Shown here: piece by piece, positions 1 through 13,323 of the stretch
How positions within the stretch are numbered: the first letter of the stretch is position 1
How the letters are laid out: every line of letters starts with the position of its first letter
Assembly (NCBI GenBank): GCA_000004695.1
Contig: CM000152.2
Coordinates: forward strand, 3,680,001 to 3,744,000
Length of the DNA: 64,000 nucleotides
DNA from: Dictyostelium discoideum
Taxonomy: Eukaryota
Direction: 5' to 3'
Notes under the pieces: generated by a model
What the model was told of the DNA's origin: nothing
Seen by the model: only the letters and a program-made list of their open reading frames with translations
Databases searched by the model: none
Program-made: the position numbers and the translations under genes

Positions 1-350
1 TGTGAAACAACTTCCCTTGATGGTTGAGAATCCAAAACCTTTGTAATAATTTTAGATGGAGGACCATGGATTTGGTTTTGGCAAATAGTTGTAGTTGTTG
101 GGGCAGTGCCTTCATTTAAAATGTCATTAATTGAGATTCTATTATTATTTGAATTGTTATTATAATTATTATTCAAATTATTATTATTATTATTATAATT
201 ATTATAATTATTATAATTATTACTATAAATATTATTATTATAATAATTATTATAATTATTATTATTATTATAATTAGTATTATTATAATTATTATTACAA
301 CTATTATTATAATTATTATTATAAGTATTGGAATTGAATGGGTTTTCCAT
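1..350 (-). CDS. 5'-partial (window-truncated) gene for Asn/Tyr-rich low-complexity protein; ATG at 350..348, continues past position 1
   Basis: Minus-strand reading from ATG (revcomp of ggttttccat at 341-350) gives MENPFNSNTYNNNYNN... open to the window edge; (AAT/ATT)n-encoded poly-N; then higher-complexity coding near 1-130 (…ILNEGTAPTTTTICQNQIHGPPSKIITKVLDSQPSREVVS). Confidence 0.4.
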   Translation of the reverse strand, partial: MENPFNSNTYNNNYNNSCNNNYNNTNYNNNNNYNNYYNNNIYSNNYNNYNNYNNNNNNLNNNYNNNSNNNRISINDILNEGTAPTTTTICQNQIHGPPSKIITKVLDSQPSREVVS

Positions 351-367
351 TCTTTATAATTAAGATA

Positions 368-401
<34 letters not shown>

Positions 402-811
402 GAAAAAAAAGATAAAAAAGGTTAATAAAATATATTTTTAAAACTAAAATAAAAAATAATATTTACTTGAAAGGTAATGAAATTTTGGATTTACAATGTT
501 TTATATAATAAAATAGAGATGTTTTTGAGTGAACAAAAAAATAAAATTGATAATGAAAAAAAAAAAAATTATTTATATCATTGTACCAATATGTAATTTC
601 AAAAAGTATATTTTTTATTTTTATTTTTTTTTAATTTTTTTTTTTATTTATTTATTTTTTAAGAAAACAGCACACAATCAATCACCACCATTTGTTTTTT
701 TTTTATTTTTATTTTTTTTTTTATTTATCACACCCAAATAAAAAAAAAAAAAATTGTGTGGTATTGCATTATCTGTAAATTTAATCATATAAACTTCCCA
801 CACTTGAATTA

Positions 812-849
<38 letters not shown>

Positions 850-1029
850 AATTTTAATATTAATTTTAACAAATCTCTATTGTTTTCTCATTATTTTCCC
901 ATTTTATTGTAATGATATAATTATTTTTCATATTAGCCAGATCGAAAAATTCTATTTTTAGAAAAACTATTTCAGCTTTTTTTTTTTAAAATAAAATAAT
1001 AAAATAAATGTTTATATAAACAACACTCA

Positions 1030-1078
<49 letters not shown>

Positions 1079-1392
1079 ATAAATAATAAATAACATAAAA
1101 AAATAATAAATAACATTGTTTCTTAAAATAGGAACATCATTGTTTTTATATCTAAAGTTAAAATAAAATAAAACATATTTTTATAGTTAATACTGGGTCT
1201 CATTGTGAATTTATAAAACCTTAAAATTAAATATAAAAAAAAAAAAAAATAAAAATTCATCCTTTCTAAAGAGTAAAACATTATGTGTCTTTTTTTTTAT
1301 TCATTAAATTATAATATTACTATTAAAATAAATAATTACTAAAAAAATTATAAAAAAATAGAAATTAAAATTAAATAAAATTTACATTTATT

Positions 1393-1437
<45 letters not shown>

Positions 1438-2548
1438 CTAAATATAAATAAATAATACAGAAATTAAATAAATATTTTCTGATGGAACCTACATAAAATT
1501 TTTCTATATTTCCATTGTTATAGAACAAAAATATGAGAGTTTGAAAGTACATTAGGTCGTCCAATAGCAAAGTTTTGGATACCATCAAATGATTCAGCAT
1601 GTTTTGATATAGTAGAAGAATTAGAAATAGCCAGTAGAATAAAGAGTAACCGAATAAAGGTTTTTAAACTTGGGGAGAAACAATTGGAAATATTAATTAT
1701 ATAAAATTGAAAAATAAAAAATAAATTCTTTTAAAGAATGTTTTTTATGTTAAAGGAATAAAATAAGTTTTGTTTATTTGCCTATTAATTTTTTATTTTA
1801 TATAATTTAAAAATAATTAATATTATGTATTTAGAAGTTGAAATATAAAAAAATGTATTAATTATTATTTTTTTTTTTTTTTCTTTTAATTTTCTATTTT
1901 TTTATTTTTTTATTTTTTTTTTATTTTTTTCTTTGTTTTTATTTTTTAAAAATAATTTAGTATTTTTTTATAAAAAATAACATGGCATTTCAATATTAAA
2001 GTATATTAATTGATGATTTATTTGTGTGAATTTTTTTTTTTTTTTTTTTTTTTTAATTAATTTTTTTTCATGATTCCATATTATTATTCTTTCCAAAAAT
2101 AACAAGAATAATAAATAATATATTTCCCACCAACAAAATCATTTTTTTTTTGGAATAAGTACACAAGAAAATAATAATATGGAATCATGAAAAAAAAAAA
2201 AAAATCGGTTTTAGAAATCAAGATTTATTCCATTCATTTTTTATTATTTTAATTATGTAATGGAAAAAATGGAATTCAATGAATACAATTACTATAATAC
2301 GATTATTGTTACATTCATTTTTTTAAATTATATATCATTTTGTATATTTTTGAGTGCTCTGTTTATCTATTCTAAATCCATAATAAAACAAAATCATTTT
2401 TAAAAATAAAAAAAATTCATTTTTTTCCCACCTTTTTTTTTTTTTTTCAATTTTAAAATTATTTAGTTTTCATTTTTTTTTTTTTTTTTTCTCCTCAAAC
2501 ATCGAATGTGACCAACTAAAAAAGAAAACAAAATATAAAACAACAAAA

Positions 2549-3440
2549 ATGTGTACCAAATCATTATAGGTAAGTTATTTTAAAATAATAAATAATTAAA
2601 ATCTATAGTAATAATTAATTTTTTTTTTTTCTTTTTTTTTTCTTTTTTTTTCAGAATTTATTGGTTAGGTTTGTGCTACCATTGATTCTGTTAGTTGTTC
2701 TGGGTACACTCGTGCTTTTATGCCATCCACCTGCTCACAATGCTGGTCATTATTGTAGACCACTAGCGATACACCTTCTCAAGCTGCTATAATGTTGCCA
2801 TTGGTGCTAAATATGCTTCATTGACTGGTTATAGTAGAATTGGAATGTTGCGGAACTCAAGAGATTTCCTTAAGAAACACTTCCAAAAAAGCAGTAAAGT
2901 AGTACAAATAGTAGTGTTCAAGTGGATCATCAACAAATTAATCATAGTAATAATAATAAAAATAATAATAAATAATAAATAACAACAACAACAACAACAA
3001 ATGAAGATGATTAAGATAAATTAAATAAAAAAATTAAATTAGAAAATGAACTTTGTAAATCAGAGGATGCTCCAACCACTCACAAATTAATTCCATCACT
3101 TGGTGAATGGGGTGCAGTTACTTTACATGGTCGTAGTAGAGTTCAAAGATAGTTGGAATATTTTAAACATTGTTCAGAAGTTTCCTCAACTCCTTTGATT
3201 GATAATGGTGACATTTACAACTATCATGATAGTTCAAAGGCTTCCTCAATAATGATCGCTGGAGGTGCTCTCTCAAACCTGGATTTTCACAGAAATTGAA
3301 GAGAGAATGGGATATCTCTGCCTCTGGATTTCATTCGTGCCTTTGCAAATTATGGTTTAGATCTATTGGTGCTGTATTATCTTATCATTTTTTTTCCTGA
3401 ATGAAAAACCTCCAGCTTGTTTTAGGTCTTTAAACTACAG
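2549..3440 (+). pseudogene. Decayed tRNA-dihydrouridine synthase (DUS1-like) pseudogene/gene relic
   Basis: Frame translation 3062-3300 gives …[78 protein letters not shown]. This matches DUS family motifs (HGRTREQRY, NGDI, VMIARGAL, NPW/F) but carries an in-frame TAG replacing the conserved Tyr and an in-frame TGA, plus frameshifts further upstream. No ORF >60 aa in the six-frame track. GC content unusually high for non-coding Dictyostelium DNA. An ATG…gtaagt / …tttcag intron-like structure lies at 2549-2652. Confidence 0.45.
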
Positions 3441-3567
3441 ATTATAGTTTGGTACCAAAACATAATTCAAATTCTTATGAATCTCAAAGTTAAAAAAAAA
3501 AAATAATAATAATAATTAAAAATTAAAAAAAAATTTTATCTGTCCAAAATTATCTATATAAAAAAAA

Positions 3568-3667
<100 letters not shown>

Positions 3668-3989
3668 TATATATTTAATAAATTATTTATTTATTTGTTG
3701 AAGTTTAAACTGATAATAAAAAAAAAAAAAAAAAAAGTTGTTTGTTAGACTGAAAATAAAAATGATAAATTAAAAAAAAAATCTTTTTTTTTTTTTTTTG
3801 GTGTGCGATACTGTGGTCGCAATACAAATGTTATATGCTCCATTACATAATACAACTTGTCGAACCACAAACTATTTTTTTAAATTTTAAAAACAGTTTT
3901 TTTTTTTAAAAAAAGTTTGAAAATTAAACCCAAAAGTTAATAAATTTTATGTAATTTTATTTGAAAGTGATTGACATTTTCATCCCATG

Positions 3990-4050
3990 GGATTATTATA
4001 AAAATGGGTTTTTTTTATTTAGATTTTTTTTTTTTTTTTTTTTCAGCAAT
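3990..4050 (+). promoter_or_regulatory. Putative actin core promoter: TATA-like box followed by oligo(dT) run ~70-130 bp upstream of ATG
   Basis: ttattataaaaatgggttttttttatttagattttttttttttttttttcag; a TATA box followed by a T-stretch is the canonical Dictyostelium promoter architecture. Confidence 0.4.
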
Positions 4051-4103
4051 TTAAAATCAAAATTTTTTTTTTTTTTAATCAATTTAAATAAATACTCAAT
4101 TAA

Positions 4104-5252
<1,149 letters not shown>

Positions 5253-5730
5253 ATAAATTAAAAAAATATTTAGTATATGTATATGTAAAATAATAATAAT
5301 TAAAAAAAATAAAAATAAAAAACTATTTTTAAATCTAAAAATTAATATTACTTTTCTTTTTTTATTAATTTTAAACAAATTAAAACTATAATCAATATTA
5401 AAATAAAAAAAAGTAATATTGGAACTAAACATAATTAAAGTAATAAAATAAAAAAATTTAAATGATTTATTGTTATTGTTGTATTTGTTGTTGTTGTATT
5501 TGTTGATAATAAGTTGGTGATTAACGTTTCAAACCAATTTTTAAGATGGTACCTTTGAATTGACCAGAAAGACACATCATCGATATCACCAGCATCTTGA
5601 CATCGGGATAAAGGAGACATTTTACTCAGCACCAATCGTAACATCATTGAAACAATAGGTGGTGGTGTTGTTTGTAAATTTGTGATATTGGTAGTAGTAT
5701 TTTCAGGTTGGAACTACTGATACTAATATC

Positions 5731-5913
5731 CTAATTTTTTAAAGATTCCAAGTATTCCCTAAGTATGATAGTACCAGATTCCATAGCAGTTATTAAAATA
5801 ACAGTGTTATCTTTTGCTCCACTAATGAAATCACCTCTTCTTAATGCTTCCACAATTCTTATATCTCTCTTTATTGAATGTGTTTTGCATGTTGGAGTTC
5901 CATAGTAATCAAT
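5731..5913 (-). CDS. Probable 3'-terminal exon of an unresolved spliced minus-strand gene (…YGTPTCKTHSIKRDIRIVEALRRGDFISGAKDNTVILITAMESGTIILREYLESLKN*)
   Basis: Non-low-complexity open frame with elevated GC between stop codons. A GTAAGT donor on the minus strand lies at 6094..6089 further upstream, and a second ORF (5435..5647) is adjacent. Full exon structure could not be resolved and the family is not recognised. Confidence 0.25.
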   Translation of the reverse strand: MDYYGTPTCKTHSIKRDIRIVEALRRGDFISGAKDNTVILITAMESGTIILREYLESLKN

Positions 5914-6379
5914 TCAAACACTATTTTGGAAAAATGCACTGAATCCTTTTTTAAAAATAATAAAAAAAAAAAAAAAAAAAATTGTTGTAATCCAACAAAC
6001 CCAACATGGTCAATCAATAATAATAAATTTTTGGGAAAAAAAAAAATTTTAGTAAAAATTATCAATTTATTTATTTAAAAAAAAAACAACTTACGTCTTA
6101 ATGATTTGGTAAACTTTTTTAATTTTTTTATATTTTGTTTTCTTTTTTCACTAAATTCTCCCAAAGAATTAAATATTTAATAAAAAGGAGGAATTAAAAA
6201 AAAAAAAAAAAAAAAATTAAAAAGGTGATCCTGATTTAAAAAAACATTTAGTCAGAACTTTGTTTTAAACCAATTATTATAATTTTCCAAAAATTATTCT
6301 ATATATTAAATAAAAAAAAAAAAATTAGTAAATTATCACATTTTTTAATTATTTTAATTACTTCAAGAAAAATCTATTA

Positions 6380-7147
6380 CTATATTTTTTTTAAATATTT
6401 TTCAAACAGTACATCAATTATCAAGTTAAATGGACCACCATCAATACCACAAACTGGGCATTCCCAACATCCTGTACGACATGAGTTTTTTATGAAAGCC
6501 TTTTATAATTATAATTATTATTGTTTTTTTTTTTATGAAAAAAATATTAGTCAAATTTAAATAAAAAATAAATATATATATAAAAAAAATAAATACCCTA
6601 AGCTCAAAACATTGAAAATGTTGACAAAAAACGGATTTGGCTGGGGTAACGAGCTTTTTTTTAGTCAATAAACAATCTATTGGCACCATAACAGGAAATG
6701 GGTTTGCTAGTTCAAGTTCATATTTTCGTGAATATACTTGTTCTCTTTCTAGTTCTTCTTCTTCCTCTTCTTCAACGTGATTTTCTCCTTGATGAGTATC
6801 ATCATAGTTATCGGAGTCATCAGAACTATCTTCACTCTCACCATCCCATTCACCATCACTTCCATCTTCATTGTTTTGATTATAATCATCATTATTTCTA
6901 ATATTTTTGAGGAAGTGGTTTTCGTAGTTACTTTCAATATCAAAATGAATAACGGAATTTGTTCTTAAATGTGAAACAAAAAGATTATAATAATCTCGAC
7001 TGTATAACAATTTCTGTATAAAAACAGGATCATCTTTATGGACTGGGGCTATATTCCAAAAAAGATTCTTTAAAAAAAAAAAATAAAGTGGAAATTAAAA
7101 ATTAGAAGCAGTTTTTATTTTTTTTTTTTTATAAATATACCTACCAT
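6380..7147 (-). CDS. SP-RING (MIZ-type) zinc-finger protein, putative SUMO E3 ligase. Model: join(7147..7145 [ATG only, speculative], 7013..6597, 6499..6380), ~179 aa
   Basis: Exon 7013..6597 ends …PVMVPIDCLLTKKKLVTPAKSVFCQHFQCFELR at a GT donor (gtattt). After a 97-nt intron (acceptor aaaag|gct) exon 6499..6380 reads AFIKNSCRTGCWECPVCGIDGGPFNLIIDVLFEKYLKKI*. Together they reconstitute the SP-RING consensus (C-x-H-x-QCFD … W-x-CPVC … LxID). Exon 2 starts at acceptor ttttatacag|aaattg directly after an in-frame stop. The only upstream ATG with a donor is ATG|gtaggt at 7147..7145, so the start is uncertain. Acidic D/E/S-rich N-terminal half. Confidence 0.6.
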
Positions 7148-8196
7148 TTTATAAATTTTATGTGGCTTTAAAAAAAAAAAATATATTATAGAAATATTTA
7201 AATAATTGAAAAATAATAATAATAATAATTTACAATTATACTTTTTTATATTAAAAAATTTATGAGATGTGAAAAAAAAAATATTAATTATTTATATATA
7301 AAAAAAAAAAAAAAACAAAAAATAATTGCCAACCAAAATTATTAAAAAAATAATTATTTAAATACAAAAAAAAAAAAAAAAAAAAAAAAAAATCACAATT
7401 TTTGTGATTTAGCCCAAAAACCTTTAATTAACATTGTGGGTGTGTTCATAATAATTTGGATTATATTATTTTTAATTTTTAATTATATTTTTTTTTATTA
7501 AATTATCAGTATGTCTTTTTTTTTTATTTTTTTTTTTTATTAAATTATTATTTGTATGTCTTTTTTTTCATCATTTTTATTTATACATAGCCAATCATGT
7601 GTTTGTAGTGGTTGAATATAAACAAATTCAATAAAAAAAAAAAAAAATTGTGATACTAATTAAGAGCTAGGTATAAAAATTTAAAAAAAAAAAAACTTTT
7701 TTTTCTTACCCCCATCTTTTAAATTTAGGATTCATACCCCCAGTGTGTTGAATAAATTAAAAAAACAAAAAAAAAACAAAAGAAAAACAAAAGAAAGAAA
7801 AAAAAAGTGCTACCAAAAATATAAAATTATAATTTTTAACACACAAAAAAAAAAAAAAAAAAAAAAAAATAAAAATAAAAAAAATAAAAAATATGCTTTG
7901 TTATTATTTGTAGTGGCATTTGTGTTTTTTTTTTTTAATAAATTATTACAAAATAATATATGGGTGAAAAGGTTGAGAGTATAATTTTTTCTGAATTCTT
8001 TTTATTATTCATTTTTTTTTTTTTTTTTTTTTTTATCAATACCTTTCCCTAATTTTAAAAAATATGAATTTAGATTTATAATTAAAAAAATAAATAAAAT
8101 AAATAAAAGTAAAAATCAATACAATGAGGTATGAGTTATAATACAATTTTTTTTTTTTATTATTTATTTTTTTTATTTTATAAATAAGGTTATTAA

Positions 8197-9226
8197 TTAA
8201 AATCTACCCATTTGGTAATCAAAGAAAGCTTGTTGAATTTCTTTTTGTGTATTCATAACGAATGGACCATGTTGGACGATTGGTTCACGTAATGGTTTTG
8301 CTGATAAAAAGAGGAATCTTACACCATTTTCACCTGCGACTGCATCTAATTTGTTTGGTGTAATTTCATTATCATTAATTGTAACTCTATCTTTATTCTC
8401 TAAAACACCAATATGTTGATCACCTACAACTTTTTCATAACCTTCTGGACCGAATTTACCTTCACCTTCGAAAACATAAACGAATGAATTATGATCAAAA
8501 TCTGGTACATCCACAGAGAATTTAGTGTTTGGTGATAATGTAACATCTAAAAATATTGGATTAACACGTAAACCTTTAACAATACCTTCAACACCTTCAT
8601 AATGACCTGCAACAACTCTAACTTTTTTATCATTTGTAATAACTTCTGGAATCTCTTCAGCTGGGATATCTTTATACCATGGATCTGACATTTTATCGAC
8701 TGCTGCTAAATTTAACCAAAATTGAAATCCAAACATTTTACCTTCAACTTGTTTTGGCATTTCTGAATGAATAATACTATATATTTAAATTTTAATTTAT
8801 TATTAATACTTTATTTATTTAATTTTATTTTATTTAATTTTATTTTATTTTATTTTATTTTATTTTATTTTATTTTATTTTATTTTTTATTTTTTATTTT
8901 TTAATAATAAAAACATACCCTCTTGCAGCATTCATAACTTGAACCATACCAGGTTTTAGTAATCCTTTATTTCCCTTGTTATCTTTGTGCTCCATTATAC
9001 CATCAATCATATAGGTTAAAGTTTGTTGACCTCTATGTGGATGTGATGGGAAACCTGCAATATAATCATTTGGATTCTCTGATTTGAATGCATCCAACAT
9101 TAAGAATGGATCCACTGATTTTGATGGGATGGGTCCACCAATAACACGTAAAAGTGATACACCTGCACCATCTTTAGTTTTATAACCTTTGGCAACGTTT
9201 GCTACTTTTCTTGAAACACTTGACAT
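8197..9226 (-). CDS. Pirin (cupin superfamily), copy 1; join(9226..8919, 8776..8197), ~295 aa
   Basis: Exon 1 MSSVSRKVANVAKGYKT…FPSHPHRGQQTLTYMIDGIMEHKDNKGNKGLLKPGMVQVMNAARG ends at donor gcaagag|gtatgt (phase 2). 142-nt intron full of (ATTTT)n. Acceptor atatag|tattattcattcagaa gives GIIHSEMPKQVEG…, reproducing the pirin motif G(I/L)xHSEMP. HPHRG and MEHxD are pirin metal-site motifs. C-terminal cupin domain is complete. Confidence 0.85.
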
Positions 9227-9502
9227 TTTATTTATTTGTTTTTTATTTGTTTTTATTTTATTGTATTTGTTTTGTTTTGTTTTTTTTTTTTAAAATGAAT
9301 GAAAAAAATAAAAATAAAAAAATGAGTCTTTATAAAAAATCATTTTCTTATTCAAGAACTCTCTGTGCATTCTGGTATAAAAAATAAAAAAAAAAAAAAA
9401 ATAAAAAATAAAAAAGATATTAAAAAATTAAAATTCCGGAATTTCCATTTAAAAAATTTCCATTTATGGGACCTTTTTTTTTTTTTTAATTTTATATTTC
9501 TG

Positions 9503-9544
<42 letters not shown>

Positions 9545-9810
9545 TAAAAAAATAAAAAAAATAGAAAATAAAATAAAAAAATTAAATTATAAAAAATAAA
9601 AATAAAATTTATTTTTAGAATAATAAAAAAAAAAAGAAAAATAAAAAAAATTTATTTATAGAATAATAATAAAAAAAAAGAAATAAAAAAAATTTGGATC
9701 TATTATAGAAAATCGATTTTTATTTTTTTTTTTTTATTACATCCAATGTATTTTTTAAAACTCATTTTAAAAAATTCAATCAGAAAAAAAAAAAGGTATA
9801 ATTATTTTAG

Positions 9811-9846
9811 TACCAGGTGGGAAATGGTGTCATTGCCTGGTTTTTT
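9811..9846 (+). promoter_or_regulatory. Conserved imperfect inverted-repeat element (ACCAGGT…N20-30…TGCCTGG) in the divergent pirin/secreted-protein promoter, copy 1
   Basis: agtaccaggtgggaaatggtgtcattgcctggtttttt. The same motif is kept at 12834-12876 (copy 2) and, inverted, at 18181-18230 (copy 3) while the surrounding AT-rich sequence has diverged. A second kept motif ATAACCAGG(T/C)AAAAAATAT sits at 10081, 13131 and (inverted) 17925. Confidence 0.4.
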
Positions 9847-10265
9847 ATTTTATTTTTAGGATATTATTTTAAAAAAAAAGTGGGAATCAAAAAAATCTTT
9901 TTTTTTGAGATTTATTTTCTGGTCATTTTTTTTTTTTTTAGCACCGAGGTTTCTTTTACAAAAAAAAAAAAAAAAAAATTATTTAAATCTTTCATTAAAT
10001 TATTAAATTTTCGAGAAAAATTGGATTATTTCTAAATAAATGAGATTCAAATAAATCAATTTTTGCAAGTTCACTTACGTCATAACCAGGTAAAAAAATA
10101 TTTATCATTTTTATATTTTTTACCAATCTATTATTTTTTCGAGTATAATAGGTGTCTCCTTTTAATTTAGTATAAAAAGTTAGGTTTTTTTTTTTTTTTA
10201 CTTCATTAATAATTTACAATTAATAAAAATATATAGTAAAACAAATAATTATTATTAGGATTTAA

Positions 10266-10295
<30 letters not shown>

Positions 10296-10298
<3 letters not shown>

Positions 10299-11048
10299 AA
10301 ATTATTATTATCTTTAATTTTAGTAATGACAATTGCATTAAATTGTTGTAAATCATTTAGTATGGGTACAAATAAAATTGATTACTCAAAGGTTGAAAAT
10401 CAATTAGGTCAACAACAATGCTTTACTTCAAGTGGCCAACTTCCAACAAGTTATTCAAGTTCATATGTCATGTTAAGTTTTAATGGAAATTATCCAACTC
10501 CAAGTGGTATTCAACAATCATCTTTCCTTGAATCTGGTTTTATTAATATCGATTTAGTTGGAGAACAATTGTATGTTGACTTTTTATTCGATAATGGTAA
10601 TACTAAAACAAAAGGTAACCTCTGGGGATTCGGTAGTAATAGTACTCAATATGTTAGTGTTAATGTTAATGGAACTGATTATTGTTTCCAACAACCATTA
10701 TCATACTCTGCTCCATCTCTTGAAGGATTAAAGTATATCGGTGATTTCGAATTAGGTACAGTTCAATGTGATATGTTTTCAGTAAATCCAGGTGATTTAG
10801 GTAACTCTTCAAATGTCGGTCTCCTTGTAGATAAATCAGATTGTTCATTAATCTCTGGTTCAACTGAAAATATTAACAATACACCAAGTGGATACACATT
10901 AACAAACTATTACTATTACAATCCATCTGCAGATTCTTCATACTTCCAATTACCAAGTATTTGTTTAAATCAACCAAATTCTAAACAATTAAAATTAAAA
11001 TCTTCATTAGTCCAATTACCAAAAGTTCTTGGAAACTTACCATTTTAA
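10296..11048 (+). CDS. Secreted Cys-containing, N-glycosylation-site-rich protein (250 aa) with N-terminal signal peptide, copy 1; family not recognised
   Basis: Complete ORF MKLLLSLILVMTIALNCC… has a hydrophobic signal sequence; many NxS/T sites; conserved Cys. Transcribed divergently from pirin copy 1. 98% identical paralog at 13324..14079. Confidence 0.7.
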
Positions 11049-11399
11049 TTAATTTTTTTTTTTCTCAATCAAAAAAAAAAAGATTCACCAATCCATTTTT
11101 TTTTTTTTTTAAACATAAAAATCTATACTAAAATAAAACAATAAAACTTTCTTAATAATTATATATACAATCATATTATGTTTTAATTTTATTGAATTTA
11201 GAAGATTTTGTTTTTTTTATTTTTATTATTTTTTATTTTTTTTTTTTTATTTTTTATTTTTATAATTTCCTAATTCAACAGTATAATGTCTGTTTAATTG
11301 GTGATTGGTTAATAGTTTAATAACCGCTTTACATTAATTATAGTACAATTTTTTTTTTTTTATCTTTGTTATTATTTTTTTTATAAATAAGGTGATTAA

Positions 11400-12400
11400 T
11401 TAAAATCTACCCATTTGGTAATCAAAGAAAGCTTGTTGAATTTCTTTTTGTGTATTCATAACGAATGGACCATGTTGGACGATTGGTTCACGTAATGGTT
11501 TTGCTGATAAAAAGAGGAATCTTACACCATTTTCACCTGCGACTGCATCTAATTTGTTTGGTGTAATTTCATTATCATTAATTGTAACTCTATCTTTATT
11601 CTCTAAAACACCGATTTGTTGATCACCTACAACTTTTTCATAACCTTCTGGACCGAATTTACCTTCACCTTCGAAAACATAAACGAATGAATTATGATCG
11701 AAATCCGGTATATCCACAGAGAATTTAGTTTTTGGTGATAATTTAACATCTAAAAATATTGGATTAACACGTAAACCTTTAACAATACCTTCAACACCTT
11801 CATAATGACCTGCAACAACTCTAACTTTTTTATCATTTGTAATAACTTCTGGAATCTCTTCAGCTGGGATATCTTTATACCATGGATCTGACATTTTATC
11901 GACTGCTGCTAAATTTAACCAAAATTGAAATCCAAACATTTTACCTTCAACTTGTTTTGGCATTTCTGAATGAATAATACTATATATTTAAATTTTAATT
12001 TATTATTAATTCTTTATTTTAATTTATTTTATTTAATTTTATTTTATTTTATTTTATTTTATTTTTTATTTTTTAATAATAATAAAAACATACCCTCTTG
12101 CAGCATTCATAACTTGAACCATACCAGGTTTTAATAATCCTTTATTTCCCTTGTTATCTTTGTGCTCCATTAACCATCAATCATATAGGTTAAAGTTTGT
12201 TGACCTCTATGTGGGTGTGATGGGAAACCTGCAATGAAATCATTTTGATTCTCTGATTTAAATGCATCCAACATTAAGAATGGATCCACTGATTTTGATG
12301 GGATGGGTCCACCAATAACACGTAAAAGTGATACACCTGCACCATCTTTAGTTTTATAACCTTTTGCAACGTTTGCTACTTTTCTTGAAACACTTGACAT
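11400..12400 (-). CDS. Pirin, copy 2 (tandem duplicate); join(12400..12094, 11979..11400), but exon 1 carries an apparent 1-bp deletion (frameshift after …TYMIDG)
   Basis: Same exon/intron architecture and splice sites as copy 1 (donor gtatgt at 12093, acceptor at 11980). Exon 2 is intact with 4 aa substitutions. Near 12168-12172 copy 1 reads tgctccattataccatc whereas copy 2 reads tgctccattaaccatc, creating an in-frame TAA. This is either a young pseudogene or a sequencing error. Confidence 0.6.
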
Positions 12401-12585
12401 TTTATTTAATATTTGTTAATTTATTTGTTTTTTATTTGTTTTGTTTTTTTTATTTTATTTTTAAAATGAATGAAAAAATAAAAAAAATGAAAATGAGTCT
12501 TTATATAAAATCATTTTCTTATTCAAGAATTATCTGTGCATTCTGGTATTACCAATAAAAAATTATAAAAAAAAAATACAATAAA

Positions 12586-12622
<37 letters not shown>

Positions 12623-12833
12623 GTGTGTGCTCAATCATTCCAGAATTTGAATTTTTTTTTTTTTTTTTTTTTTTAAATATCACTTTTTTTTTATATGATT
12701 CGAACATCATTGTTTATCACCTCATTATATCATCAATAAATCACCATAATAAATAATAATCATTTAAAATTCTATTTTCTAATTTTTTTTTTTTTATTTT
12801 TAAAAATAACATTTAAATAAAATAAATTATAGT

Positions 12834-12876
12834 GCCAGGTCAAAAATCTTTTATTGATGTCACTGCCTGGGTTTTT
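12834..12876 (+). promoter_or_regulatory. Conserved CCAGG inverted-repeat promoter element, copy 2
   Basis: agtgccaggtcaaaaatcttttattgatgtcactgcctgggttttt; see feature at 9811. Confidence 0.4.
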
Positions 12877-13323
12877 TTTTTTAAAATAATAAAAAAATAA
12901 AAATTGAGATATTTTATTTTTTAAAAAATATCCAAATAAAAAAATCATTTTTCTGAGATAGGTTCTCTGATGTTCTTTTTAATATATTTTTTTTTTTACA
13001 CCAAAATATTTACACAAGAAAAAAAAATAATTACTTTACAGTTTTTTATTTAAATTTTCGAAAACATTGGAATTCGATATTTTTTAAATAAATGAGAAGA
13101 TTCAAATAAACCAATTTTTGCACTTGGGATAATAACCAGGCAAAAAATATATTTTCCAGGATAATTTGGTTTATATTTGGGAATTTATTTTTAAAATGTT
13201 ATCGGATAATTATAAAAAAAATTAGTATAAATAATTTTTTTTTTTTTTATTTCATTAATAATTTAAAAATAATTAACAAAAACAAATAATTATTATTAAT
13301 AAAAAAAAAAAAAAAAAAAAAAA

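Noticed and set aside
1388-1700. ORF 1388..1600(-) and adjacent frame reading …LKTFIRLLFILLAISNSSTISKHAESFDGIQNFAIGRPNVLSNSHIFVL* preceded by a good acceptor (tttctccccaag|)
   Set aside because: Could be a terminal exon of an unannotated gene, but it is short, has no recognisable similarity and no upstream exons. Too weak to call.
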